Counted from the first letter of the stretch, positions 50,152-58,536 are shown. The stretch: DNA of 64,000 bases from an uncultured Chloroflexia bacterium (GCA_963831745.1 CAWHRD010000002.1:275603-339602); one strand, 5' to 3'. Translations and numbers: made by a program. The notes: generated by a model not told the origin, from the sequence alone.

Positions 50152-51920
50152 GCCGCACGGTGATCGACCCCGTCACGCGCGTGGGGGGTCATCTCCGCAT
50201 CGAGGTCGAGGTGGCCGGCGGCGCCGTGGCCGACGCCTGGAGCTCGGGGACGATGTTCCGGGGCATGGAAACCATCCTGCGCGGACGCGACCCGCGCGAC
50301 GCGTGGCTGCTCGCGCAGCGCGTGTGCGGGACCTGCAACGGCGTACACGCGCTGGGCTCCGTCCGGGCCGTGGAGAGTGCGCTCGGCCTGACCGTGCCGC
50401 GGAACGCCCGCCTGGTCCGGAACCTCCTTGCCGGGACGCAGCTCGTCGCCGACCACGTCGTCCACTTCTACCACCTGCAGGCCCTCGACTGGGTGGACGT
50501 GATGGCGGCGCTGCGCGCGGCGCCCGCCGCGACCGCGAGCCTGGCGGCCTCGCTCAGCGACTGGCCCCAGTCGAGCGCGACCTACTTCCGCGAGGTGCAG
50601 GACCGCCTGGCGGCGATGGTGGCCTCGCGCCAGCTGGGACCCTTCGCCAATGGGGACTGGGGCCATCCCGCGTACACGCTGACGCCGGAGGCCGACCTCC
50701 TGCTCCTGGCCCACGCCCTCGAGGCGCTCGACTGGCAGCGCCGCTTCATGCGCATCCATACGCTCCTCGGCGGCAAGAGCCCGCACCCGCAGACCTTCCT
50801 CGTCGGCGGCATGGCGCTGGCGCCCGAGTGGGGCGGCCCGAACCGCGCGCTGCCGGGCGAGCACCCCCAGCAGATCGAGCGCAACGCGCCGCTCGCTCTC
50901 GGAGAGCGCGGGCTGGCGGTGATCGCCGAGCTCGTGGCGGAGGCGCGGGTGTTCGTCGAGCGCGTCTACCTCCCCGATGCGCTACTCCTCGCCCGGGAGT
51001 ACCCCGAGTGGTCCCGCGTCGGAGCCGGCATCGGGTCGTACCTGGCCTTCGGCGAGTTCCCCGAGGATGACTCCCAGGCGCCCGTGCTCCTCCTCCCGCG
51101 CGGTCGGGTGACGCGGGCGCTCGCGAGCGTCGAGCCGGTCGAGCACACCGGCGTCGGCGAGACCGTGGTCTCCTCGCACTACACGTACGCCAACGGGGAC
51201 GCGGCCCTGCTGCACCCCTGGGACGGCGAGACCAGCCAGCGCTACGGCGGCCCTCCTCCCCCGGTCGAGACGCTCGAGGGCGCCGCCAAGTACAGCTGGC
51301 TCAAGGCGCCGCGCTACGCGGACCAGCCGATGGAGGTCGGGCCGCTGGCCCGCGTCCTGGTGGGGTACGTCGAGGCGCGGGACGTGATCCGTCGGCTGGT
51401 CAACGATCTCGTCGGCTCGCTCGGGACGGGGCGTGACGCCCTCTTCAGCACGATGGGCCGGACCCTCGCCCGGGCGGTCGAGACGCAGGTCGTCGTGGAC
51501 CGGCTCGCGGCGTGGCAGGGCGAGCTCAGCGCGAACCTGGCGACCGGCGACGTGGCGGTGACCAACGTCACGGCCTGGGATCCCGGGTCCTGGCCGGCCG
51601 TGGCACGGGGCTGGTCCTTCGGGGAGTCGCCCCGCGGCGCGGTCGGCCACTGGGTCACGATCGAGGACCGCCGGGTGTCCGAGTACCAGATCGTCGACGC
51701 GACGACGTGGAACGGGTCGCCGCGGGACGCCACGGGGCGCCGGGGCGCCATCGAGGAGGCGCTCGTCGGGACGCCCGTCGCCGACCCCGCGCGGCCGCTG
51801 GAGGTCCTGCGGACGGTCCACTCGTTCGACCCCTGCACCGCGTGCGCGGTGCACGCCCATCGTCCGGTCGGCATCCCCGCGGGCATCGACGTCCGGGTCG
51901 CCCGGGGAGGCGCGCGATGA
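50148..51920 (+). CDS. [NiFe] hydrogenase large subunit (group 1-like)
   Basis: GTG start overlaps the small-subunit stop (GTGA). N-terminal RVCGTCNGVH and C-terminal DPCTACAVH Ni-Fe ligand motifs, followed by a ~20-aa cleavable extension. The RxEGH motif reads RVGGH. Confidence 0.9.
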   Translation: MSRTVIDPVTRVGGHLRIEVEVAGGAVADAWSSGTMFRGMETILRGRDPRDAWLLAQRVCGTCNGVHALGSVRAVESALGLTVPRNARLVRNLLAGTQLVADHVVHFYHLQALDWVDVMAALRAAPAATASLAASLSDWPQSSATYFREVQDRLAAMVASRQLGPFANGDWGHPAYTLTPEADLLLLAHALEALDWQRRFMRIHTLLGGKSPHPQTFLVGGMALAPEWGGPNRALPGEHPQQIERNAPLALGERGLAVIAELVAEARVFVERVYLPDALLLAREYPEWSRVGAGIGSYLAFGEFPEDDSQAPVLLLPRGRVTRALASVEPVEHTGVGETVVSSHYTYANGDAALLHPWDGETSQRYGGPPPPVETLEGAAKYSWLKAPRYADQPMEVGPLARVLVGYVEARDVIRRLVNDLVGSLGTGRDALFSTMGRTLARAVETQVVVDRLAAWQGELSANLATGDVAVTNVTAWDPGSWPAVARGWSFGESPRGAVGHWVTIEDRRVSEYQIVDATTWNGSPRDATGRRGAIEEALVGTPVADPARPLEVLRTVHSFDPCTACAVHAHRPVGIPAGIDVRVARGGAR

Positions 51921-52654
51921 CCGCCATCGGCGAGCCGCTCCAGGGCGTGTCTGCGCGCCGACCCGAGGAGCGCGTCCGGCTGTACGTCTGGCAGGTGCCC
52001 GTCCGGATCACTCACTGGCTGACGGCGGGCTGCATCGTCGTGCTGAGCGTGACCGGCGGCTACATCGCCGACCCGTTCCTCATCCCCCCGGGTGGCTCGG
52101 TGATGACCACCGTCCGCATGGTCCACATGCTGACCGCCTTCGCGTTCCTCGTCTCCGGCCTCATCCGGACCTACTGGCTGCTCGCCGGCAACCGCTTCTC
52201 GCGCTGGTCGGCGTTCATCCCGATGTCGCGCTACCAGGCCACCGAGCTGTTCCGCCAGGCCGCCTTCTACGCCTTCATCCGGAGGGAGATCCCGAAGGTC
52301 CTCGGCCACAACCAGCTGGCGGCGACCGCCTACCTCGTGCTCTTCTTCCTGCTGCTCGTCGAGACGGTGACCGGCTTCGCCCTCGACGGCCTCATCGGGT
52401 CCGAGCCGGGCGCCTCGGCGTTCGCCTGGCTCCGCGAGCTCCTGGGAACGCAGAACGTGCGGCTGATCCACCACCTCGCGATGTGGGCGATCCTCGCCAT
52501 CGCGCTGTTCCACGTCTACAGCTGCATCCTCGTGGACCACATCGAGAAGAACGGCCTCGTCTCGAGCATCGTCAGCGGCTACAAGTTCCCCACGATCGAG
52601 GAGGTCGTCGAGTCGCGCGACGGCGGGCCCGAGCTGCTGGAGCGGGTCGAATGA
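51917..52654 (+). CDS. Ni/Fe-hydrogenase b-type cytochrome subunit (HyaC/CybH-like)
   Basis: ATGA overlap with the large subunit. 4 TM with conserved His (RITHWL, RMVHMLT, IHHLAMW, LFHVY). Confidence 0.85.
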   Translation: MTAIGEPLQGVSARRPEERVRLYVWQVPVRITHWLTAGCIVVLSVTGGYIADPFLIPPGGSVMTTVRMVHMLTAFAFLVSGLIRTYWLLAGNRFSRWSAFIPMSRYQATELFRQAAFYAFIRREIPKVLGHNQLAATAYLVLFFLLLVETVTGFALDGLIGSEPGASAFAWLRELLGTQNVRLIHHLAMWAILAIALFHVYSCILVDHIEKNGLVSSIVSGYKFPTIEEVVESRDGGPELLERVE

Positions 52655-53196
52655 CGAGAGGCGACGGGTCGCCCGTGGTGATCGGGATCGGCAACCTGCT
52701 CCTGGGCGACGACGGGATCGGCGTGCACGTCGTCCGCGCGCTCCGCGACATGGCCGCGCGCGGCGAGGTGACGCTCCCGGCAGGGACGCGGCTCGTCGAC
52801 GGCGGCACCCTGACCCTCGGCCTGCTCGACGAGATGGATGGAGCCCGGGCCCTCGTCCTCGTCGACGCCGTCGACCTCGGCGCCGAGCCCGGCACGGTCG
52901 TGGCGATCCGGGGCGACGCGCTCCGGCGGGCGGCGGACGCGTACGGGCCCCCGCGCGCGGGGCTGGCCGGGCTGCTGGCCGCCGCGGAGCTGGCCGGGAC
53001 GCTGCCGGACGACGTCGTGCTCGTCGGGATCCAGCCCAATCGGCTCGACGTCGGCCTCGCGCCGACCGACGCCGTCTGGGACGCGCTCCCGGCGGCCGTC
53101 GAGGCCACGCTCGCCGAGCTCCGTCGAGCCGCGCCCACCGGCGCGCGGCGGGTTCCCGCCGGCCACCGACACATCGCGATGGGAGCACCCGCATGA
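52651..53196 (+). CDS. Hydrogenase maturation endopeptidase (HyaD/HybD family)
   Basis: ATGA overlap. VVIGIGNLLLGDDGIGVHVV, LVDGGT, VLVDAV motifs. Confidence 0.85.
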   Translation: MTRGDGSPVVIGIGNLLLGDDGIGVHVVRALRDMAARGEVTLPAGTRLVDGGTLTLGLLDEMDGARALVLVDAVDLGAEPGTVVAIRGDALRRAADAYGPPRAGLAGLLAAAELAGTLPDDVVLVGIQPNRLDVGLAPTDAVWDALPAAVEATLAELRRAAPTGARRVPAGHRHIAMGAPA

Positions 53197-53933
53197 AGGG
53201 CATGGACCGCCTGATCAAGCTCCTCATCGTCCTCAACTTCGTCGTCGTGGCCTGCCTGCTCGGCGCGGTCGTCGTCTTCTCCGCGCAGCGGGCCCCGGCG
53301 GGCCACCCGGACCAGGCCGTGGCGACGCCGACGCCGTCCGGCTCGCCCGAGATGATGGACATGGGCCTGGCCCACATCCCGACCAGCAACAGCTGCATCC
53401 TGTGCCACGAGACCGGCGGCTCCGCGGGCCTCAAGCCGGTGCCGGCCATCGGCCACCCGATCGAGGGCTGGGGCCGCTGCACGGTCTGCCACACCGGCGA
53501 GCGCCTGGGGCGGAACGCGCCCGGGCACGAGGGGATCCCCGAGGAAGAGTGCCTCAACTGCCACAAGCCGCCGCCCGCGGGCCCGTCGATCACGCAGCCC
53601 CACTCGCGGTTCCAGGACCAGCAGTGCCTGGACTGCCACGGCAGCTACGCGCACCTGCCGTCGAGCATGGTCGGGCGCAACCAGGACGAGTGCTGGCTGT
53701 GTCACAAGCCCACCGCGTCGCCGCCGCCCGAGTACCCGCACCCGGCCAACATCCCCCAGTCCTGCCGGAGCTGCCACGTCGCCGAGGAGGCCGGGAACCT
53801 GCCGATCGACCACGCCCTCCGGGCCGACAACACCTGCCTCCTGTGCCACGACATCAAGACCGCGGCCAGCCCGCCGGCGTCGCTCCCCACCCCGGCTCCG
53901 ACGGCCGCACCGGCGGGGGTCGCGAACCCCTGA
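53193..53933 (+). CDS. Membrane-anchored heptahaem c-type cytochrome
   Basis: ATGA overlap with the protease gene. N-terminal TM LIKLLIVLNFVVVACLLGAVVVF. Seven CxxCH motifs (CILCH, CTVCH, CLNCH, CLDCH, CWLCH, CRSCH, CLLCH). Confidence 0.85.
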   Translation: MKGMDRLIKLLIVLNFVVVACLLGAVVVFSAQRAPAGHPDQAVATPTPSGSPEMMDMGLAHIPTSNSCILCHETGGSAGLKPVPAIGHPIEGWGRCTVCHTGERLGRNAPGHEGIPEEECLNCHKPPPAGPSITQPHSRFQDQQCLDCHGSYAHLPSSMVGRNQDECWLCHKPTASPPPEYPHPANIPQSCRSCHVAEEAGNLPIDHALRADNTCLLCHDIKTAASPPASLPTPAPTAAPAGVANP

Positions 53934-54014
53934 CGGATCGGCGTCCGGGGCGCCGCGATCATCGATCGCCGCCCCGGGGACGGCGGGCCGCCGGGTGGCG
54001 CGCGCCGGGCTAGA

Positions 54015-54503
54015 ATGCCGCGCATGACCGGAGACATCGCCGCCCAGGTCCAGCAGGCATGGGCCAGCTTCCTCGAGTTCCTGGCGAAGATCCTGTCCCC
54101 GGACTGGGGCGCGCTCGTGCTCCTCATCCCGCTCGCTCTCCTGCCGCTCGTGCTGCTCTTCCTCCTCGCCATGACCGGGCGGTGGACCATCTACGGGATC
54201 ACCAAGCCGCGGGCCAAGGTCCGCTGGGTGGAGGGGGCGCGGCCGCTCGAGCTCGACGCCGGCGGAGCGCCGGTCCCGCCGATCGGCCTGCCCTTCTCGC
54301 TGCGCACCGGGCTGGTCTACCCGCCCGCGGTCGTGCGCACCGACGACGGCGAGGACCTCGCGGTCATCTGCCCCATGTGCCGCGTCGAGCGCCTGGCCCA
54401 GGTCACGGTGTGCGGGAACTGCGGCCTGGTCCTGAACGTCAGGCGGGGGATCACGGTGGCCCGGCCGGCCGGGCCACCGCCGGGCGGCGCCGCGGTCGCC
54501 TGA
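54015..54503 (+). CDS. Membrane protein with C-terminal zinc ribbon
   Basis: TM segment WGALVLLIPLALLPLVLLFLLAM, then CPMCRVERLAQVTVCGNCG (CxxC-x11-CxxC). Confidence 0.55.
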   Translation: MPRMTGDIAAQVQQAWASFLEFLAKILSPDWGALVLLIPLALLPLVLLFLLAMTGRWTIYGITKPRAKVRWVEGARPLELDAGGAPVPPIGLPFSLRTGLVYPPAVVRTDDGEDLAVICPMCRVERLAQVTVCGNCGLVLNVRRGITVARPAGPPPGGAAVA

Positions 54504-54537
54504 CCGGGCACCGCTTCACGCCGGGGGGGCAGTCCGC

Positions 54538-55494
54538 ATGGCAGTCGCGTCCTTCTACCTCTACGTTGTCGCCGGGCTCCTGCTCGTGGGGGCCTTCGCG
54601 GCCCACGTCGCGCACGCCACGCTGCTCGCCACCGGCCGCCGCCTGGCCGTCTCGCTGGCTCCCCGGCCGAGCCCGGCCTTCGCCGGGGCCGTCGGCGGCA
54701 GCTTCGCGGCGGAGGTCGCCGCCACGCCGCCGGACGGCACGGGGGCCGGACCCCGCAGCGCCGCTGCGCCGTTCGCGATCGGCCTGGCCTGGGCGGCCGC
54801 CGTCACCCTGGGCCTGGCGCTGCTGACGCGTGGGATCGTGGTGGGTCGCGGCCCCTGGGGCAACCTCTTCGAGTTCACGGTCGCCTTCGCCTTCGGGACC
54901 ATCGCCGGCTACCTCGTGCTCGAGCGGCGCTACCCCATCCGCGCGATCGGGTTCCTCCCGCTGGGCGTCGCGCTCGGCCTGGTCCTCTTCAGCTGGACGC
55001 TGCCGAAGGAGATCGAGGCACTCGTCCCCGCGCTGCAGAACCCGCCCCTCCTGACGATCCACGTCGGGCTCGCGATGCTGAGCTACGGGATCCTCGCGAT
55101 GAGCTTCGCGGCCGGGCTGGCGTACCTGGTCCAGGAGCAGCGCCTGGCGGACGGGCGCGTCGTGGACCGGTTCGGGTGGCTGCCGTCGCGCGACGTCCTC
55201 GACGCCGTGGCCTATCGCGCGGTGATCGTCGGGTTCCCGGTCTTCGCCACGATGATCGTCCTGGGCAGCTGGTGGGCCAGCATCGCCTGGTCGCGCTACT
55301 GGGGCTGGGACCCGAAGGAGACCAGCGCGCTCGTCACGTGGCTCGTCTACGCCGTCTACCTGCACCTCCGGAACCAGCGCGGGTGGCGCGGCAGGCCGGC
55401 CGCGCTGGTCCTGGTGGTCGGGTTCGCGATGGTGCTCGTGACCTACTCCGGCAACCTCTGGTTCCCCGGCCTCCACAGCTACAGCGGGCTGTAG
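54538..55494 (+). CDS. ccsA: Cytochrome c biogenesis protein CcsA/ResC (System II haem handling)
   Basis: Trp-rich WWD-type motif WSRYWGWDPKETSALVTWLVYAVYLH. Multi-TM. Confidence 0.85.
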   Translation: MAVASFYLYVVAGLLLVGAFAAHVAHATLLATGRRLAVSLAPRPSPAFAGAVGGSFAAEVAATPPDGTGAGPRSAAAPFAIGLAWAAAVTLGLALLTRGIVVGRGPWGNLFEFTVAFAFGTIAGYLVLERRYPIRAIGFLPLGVALGLVLFSWTLPKEIEALVPALQNPPLLTIHVGLAMLSYGILAMSFAAGLAYLVQEQRLADGRVVDRFGWLPSRDVLDAVAYRAVIVGFPVFATMIVLGSWWASIAWSRYWGWDPKETSALVTWLVYAVYLHLRNQRGWRGRPAALVLVVGFAMVLVTYSGNLWFPGLHSYSGL

Positions 55495-55589
55495 CGGGCC
55501 AGCGGGCAGCGGGCGGGCAGCGGGCCCGAGCCGGCGGGCCGCAACAGGCGGGCGGGGAAGATCGGCGCCTCGCCCCCCTCGCCCCCGCG

Positions 55590-57530
55590 CTACTCCCCGG
55601 GGGCGATGCCCAGGCCCGCCAGGTACAGGGCGCCCGGGGTCGCGCGGGGCAGGCGCAGGGCGATCGACGACAGGCGCGAGGGATCGAACGCCGGGCCGGC
55701 GGCGACGAAGTCGGCGAGCGGGATCGCGTACGCCTGGACGACCCGCTCGACGGGCGAGGTCATCGACAGGTCGAGGCCCGTGAGCGCCGCCAGGCCGGCC
55801 AGCAGGTCGCTCTTCACGAGCCGCGAGGGCAGGGGCGGCGGAAGAGCGCCCCAGCGGGAGAGCGGCAGCCCGACCGTCACGCCGTCCGTCGTCGCCAGCA
55901 CGACCTCGGGGTCCAGCGCCGTCGCGCCGGCGGGCGCGGCGAGCTCCGCGGCGGAGGCGCCGGCAGGTGTGGCAGTGCCGGCACCGGCGGTCGGATCGGG
56001 ATCGTCGGACGCGAGGGTCCCGTTGGCGAGCTCGAGGCGAAGCTCGCTCGCCGCGTCCGCCACGATGGCCGGCGCGGCGCGCTCGAGGCCGGCGAGGCGC
56101 CAGGTCGCCGGACCGGTCCCGGCGGTCCAGCGCAGGACGTAGGTCTTCGCTCCCTGCCCGTTCTGCAGGCCGCGGAGGGGCGCCTCGATGGTCGCGACCG
56201 GGCCGAGGCCCTCCTTCTCGATCGACGCCCCGTCAACGAGTGGCACGGTTCCGGATGCCGGGTCGACCAGCGGCGTTGCCGTGCCGTCGTCCGAGCGGAC
56301 GAGGTACACGTCGGAGGGCAGCCAAGCTCGGCCGACCATCGGCCGCCGGAAGAACGCCCGGTACCCGGCTTCGCCGTCCAGGCTCGCCCGGAGGAACGCG
56401 GTGATCGCCGTGCGCGCGACGTCCTCCTGCTCGGCCTCCGGCGGCAGGGGCGCCAGGTCGAGCATGAGCCCGCTGAACGGACCCTGGTCGCCGCGCCCCC
56501 AGACGCCGTTGTACTGGCCGTGGTTGGCGCGGTACTCCCAGATCGCGGCCTTGAACCCGCCGTCGGCGACCCTGGTGCGGTTGTACTGCCGGATGCCCGA
56601 CCAGGCCCGCACGTCGGCGTCGTGGCCGCCCTGGAGCGCCAGGAGGTCGACGCCGTCGAGGTTGACGACGCCGCCGGTGTACTGGCCGTCGGACGGGGCG
56701 ATCGCGACCACCGCGTGGATCCGGACGTCGCTCGGCCAGGGTTCGAGCCCGGCCCCGGGCGCCGACCCGCGGGCCGCCATCCAGGCGGCGATCGCGGCGG
56801 CCTCGCCGCCCCGCGAGTGGCCGATCAGCGCGACGCGATCGAGCTCGACGCGCCCGTGCAACGGGCCGTCCGGGTCGGCGTTCCAGCGGCGCCACTGGTC
56901 CACGTGGAGGAGGAGCAGCCAGGCCCGGACCGCCTGCTCCGTGCCCTTCCAGTCGCCGGCCCACGAGCCGTTGAGGAAGTTCTCGTAGACCGAGGCGACG
57001 ATGAACCCCTGGCTCGCGAGGTGCTCGCCGAGGTACGCGTACCCGGGATCGCTGAAGTCGCCCATCGCGTGGTTGCCGTGCACGACGAGGACGAGCGGGA
57101 AGGGCCCCTCGCCGTCGGGGAGCCAGGCGCGCCCGTTGAGCGGGAGCGCGTCGCGGTCGAAGCCCCAGAACCACGCGCGGGCCTTGTCGGCCCCGGCGCC
57201 GAGCGCCGGCAGCGCCGCCCTGGCGTCCACGGTCGGCGTCCGGAGGGTGGCCTCGGCACCGAACTCGGGACGCCGCGCGTCGGTCCCGCTGCCGTAGGTC
57301 AGCGTCGTGACCGCATACGGGCCGGGCGCCCCCGGATCGGCGAGCCCCGTGAGCAGCGCCGCCAGTGCGCTGCCGTCGAACGCGGGGTCGGGGGCCACGA
57401 GGTGGGCGACCGGGCCCGGGTCGAACGCGACCGCGAGTGTCGCGACCGCCAGCACCAGCGCGGCCGCCGACACGACCCCCGCGGCCGCGAGGCGGGTGCG
57501 ACCGCGAGGCGCCCCGGGCGTTGGCGCCAC
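55590..57530 (-). CDS. Membrane-anchored alpha/beta hydrolase with large C-terminal domain
   Basis: N-terminal anchor RTRLAAAGVVSAAALVLAVATLAVAF, LVLVVHGNH oxyanion region, nucleophile elbow IGHSRGGEAAA. GTG start as in the ORF track. The same frame stays open upstream to 58163. Confidence 0.75.
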   Translation of the reverse strand: MAPTPGAPRGRTRLAAAGVVSAAALVLAVATLAVAFDPGPVAHLVAPDPAFDGSALAALLTGLADPGAPGPYAVTTLTYGSGTDARRPEFGAEATLRTPTVDARAALPALGAGADKARAWFWGFDRDALPLNGRAWLPDGEGPFPLVLVVHGNHAMGDFSDPGYAYLGEHLASQGFIVASVYENFLNGSWAGDWKGTEQAVRAWLLLLHVDQWRRWNADPDGPLHGRVELDRVALIGHSRGGEAAAIAAWMAARGSAPGAGLEPWPSDVRIHAVVAIAPSDGQYTGGVVNLDGVDLLALQGGHDADVRAWSGIRQYNRTRVADGGFKAAIWEYRANHGQYNGVWGRGDQGPFSGLMLDLAPLPPEAEQEDVARTAITAFLRASLDGEAGYRAFFRRPMVGRAWLPSDVYLVRSDDGTATPLVDPASGTVPLVDGASIEKEGLGPVATIEAPLRGLQNGQGAKTYVLRWTAGTGPATWRLAGLERAAPAIVADAASELRLELANGTLASDDPDPTAGAGTATPAGASAAELAAPAGATALDPEVVLATTDGVTVGLPLSRWGALPPPLPSRLVKSDLLAGLAALTGLDLSMTSPVERVVQAYAIPLADFVAAGPAFDPSRLSSIALRLPRATPGALYLAGLGIAPGE

Positions 57531-58138
57531 CGCGATCGCGCGGGCGAGCCCGGCGAGGCCGCCGACGAAGCCGGCGACGAAGATGAAGGGCCCAAGGACG
57601 CCGGCCGGCGCGAGCAGGCCCGCAGGCCCGATCGGCGCCAGGACCAGCCCCGTCCCGAGCGTCGCCGCGAGGAGCCCAGCGGCCCGGCCGGCAGGGCGCC
57701 GACGAGGCGGAACGGCCCGGCGATCAGCAACCGCAGCGGGGCGGGGAAGCGACGCCGTCGAAGGGCGCTGTCGAGGCCGCGCCCGATCCGCCGAGAGAGG
57801 ACGATCGCCCCGCCGACGAGGAGCCAGAGGGTGCCCATCACCAGCGCCGTGGCGATGGTCGCGACGAGGACGTCGACGACGGGGCCGTAGCCGAGGTACT
57901 TCGTGACGCCCGAGAGGCCGGTCGTCACCAGATAGGCGGCCGCGAAGCCAACGACGGACCCGTCGAGGGCGGCGCCCACGAGGCGACCTGCCCCGCGGAG
58001 GGTTCGCCGGGTGCGGTCGAGGACGCGCCCGGCGCCGACCGCAGCGGCCGGTCCGGGCTCCGGGGCGGTGGCGGACGGAGGATCGGCCGGCTCGGGCTCC
58101 GGGGCGGCGGCGGACGGAGGGAAGGTCGGCTCGGGCAT
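57531..58138 (-). CDS. Multi-pass membrane protein ORF whose protein-like signal switches reading frame near 57690
   Basis: The frame of the ATG at 58138 gives MPEPTF...VVGFAAAYLVTTGLSGV...LVATIATALVMGTLWLLVGGAIVL...LLIAGPFRLVGALPAG, then Arg/Ser junk. The hydrolase frame reads AGLLAATLGTGLVLAPIGPAGLLAPAGVLGPFIFVAGFVGGLAGLA from about 57690 to 57531. Confidence 0.4.
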
Positions 58139-58354
58139 CTGCCCGAATCTCCCGGATCCGAGGTCACCCGGACGAGGGCCGAACCGGCCTCGGCCGCGGG
58201 TCCAGCCGGTCACGATTCGGCGGGCCGGACGGCCCGCAGATGCCGTGCAGGCGGCGGGCGTGCCATGGCCGGGTCGGGCATGCCATCACCAGGTCGGGCT
58301 CGACATTCGAACGTCCGTGCGATATCGTCGCGCGGTCGACATCCGATCCCCGCG

Positions 58355-58428
58355 TTGTCCACGACCGCCCAGCGGCCTTCCACGACGCCCGCGGCGGCTG
58401 TCCACGGTGCGACCCGGGCTTGTCCACG
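58355..58428 (+). promoter_or_regulatory. Four phased direct repeats YTGTCCACG (DnaA-box-like)
   Basis: TTGTCCACG (58355), CCTTCCACG (58376), CTGTCCACG (58398), TTGTCCACG (58420). Spacings are 21, 22 and 22 bp, all in the same orientation. Confidence 0.6.
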
Positions 58429-58452
58429 ATCGGGGCGGCGAAGCGTGTCAGC

Positions 58453-58469
58453 CACAACATCTAGTTGTG
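58453..58469. promoter_or_regulatory. NrdR box 1
   Basis: CACAAC-ATCTA-GTTGTG palindrome resembling the NrdR operator consensus (acaCwAtATaTwGtgt). Confidence 0.75.
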
Positions 58470-58484
58470 CGGGGTGCCGAAGGA

Positions 58485-58500
58485 CCACAAGATGTTGTGG
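58485..58500. promoter_or_regulatory. NrdR box 2
   Basis: CCACAAGATGTTGTGG. Centre-to-centre distance to box 1 is about 31.5 bp, the characteristic tandem NrdR-box spacing. Confidence 0.75.
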
Positions 58501-58507
58501 TTTGGCG

Positions 58508-58536
58508 TTGACTCGACCCCCGTCGCGCGGTACAGT
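58508..58536 (+). promoter_or_regulatory. Sigma-70-type promoter of nrdJ
   Basis: TTGACT, 17-nt spacer, TACAGT. Lies directly downstream of NrdR box 2, about 280 nt upstream of the ATG at 58816. Confidence 0.65.

Noticed and set aside
51830-51860. [NiFeSe] hydrogenase or selenocysteine recoding in the large subunit.
   Set aside because: The C-terminal motif is DPCTACAVH with ordinary TGC Cys codons. There is no in-frame TGA.
58355-58428. Chromosomal origin of replication (oriC), inferred from the DnaA-box cluster.
   Set aside because: There are only four boxes, no adjacent AT-rich unwinding element, and no dnaA, dnaN or other origin-linked genes. The position directly upstream of a promoter and NrdR boxes fits gene regulation better.
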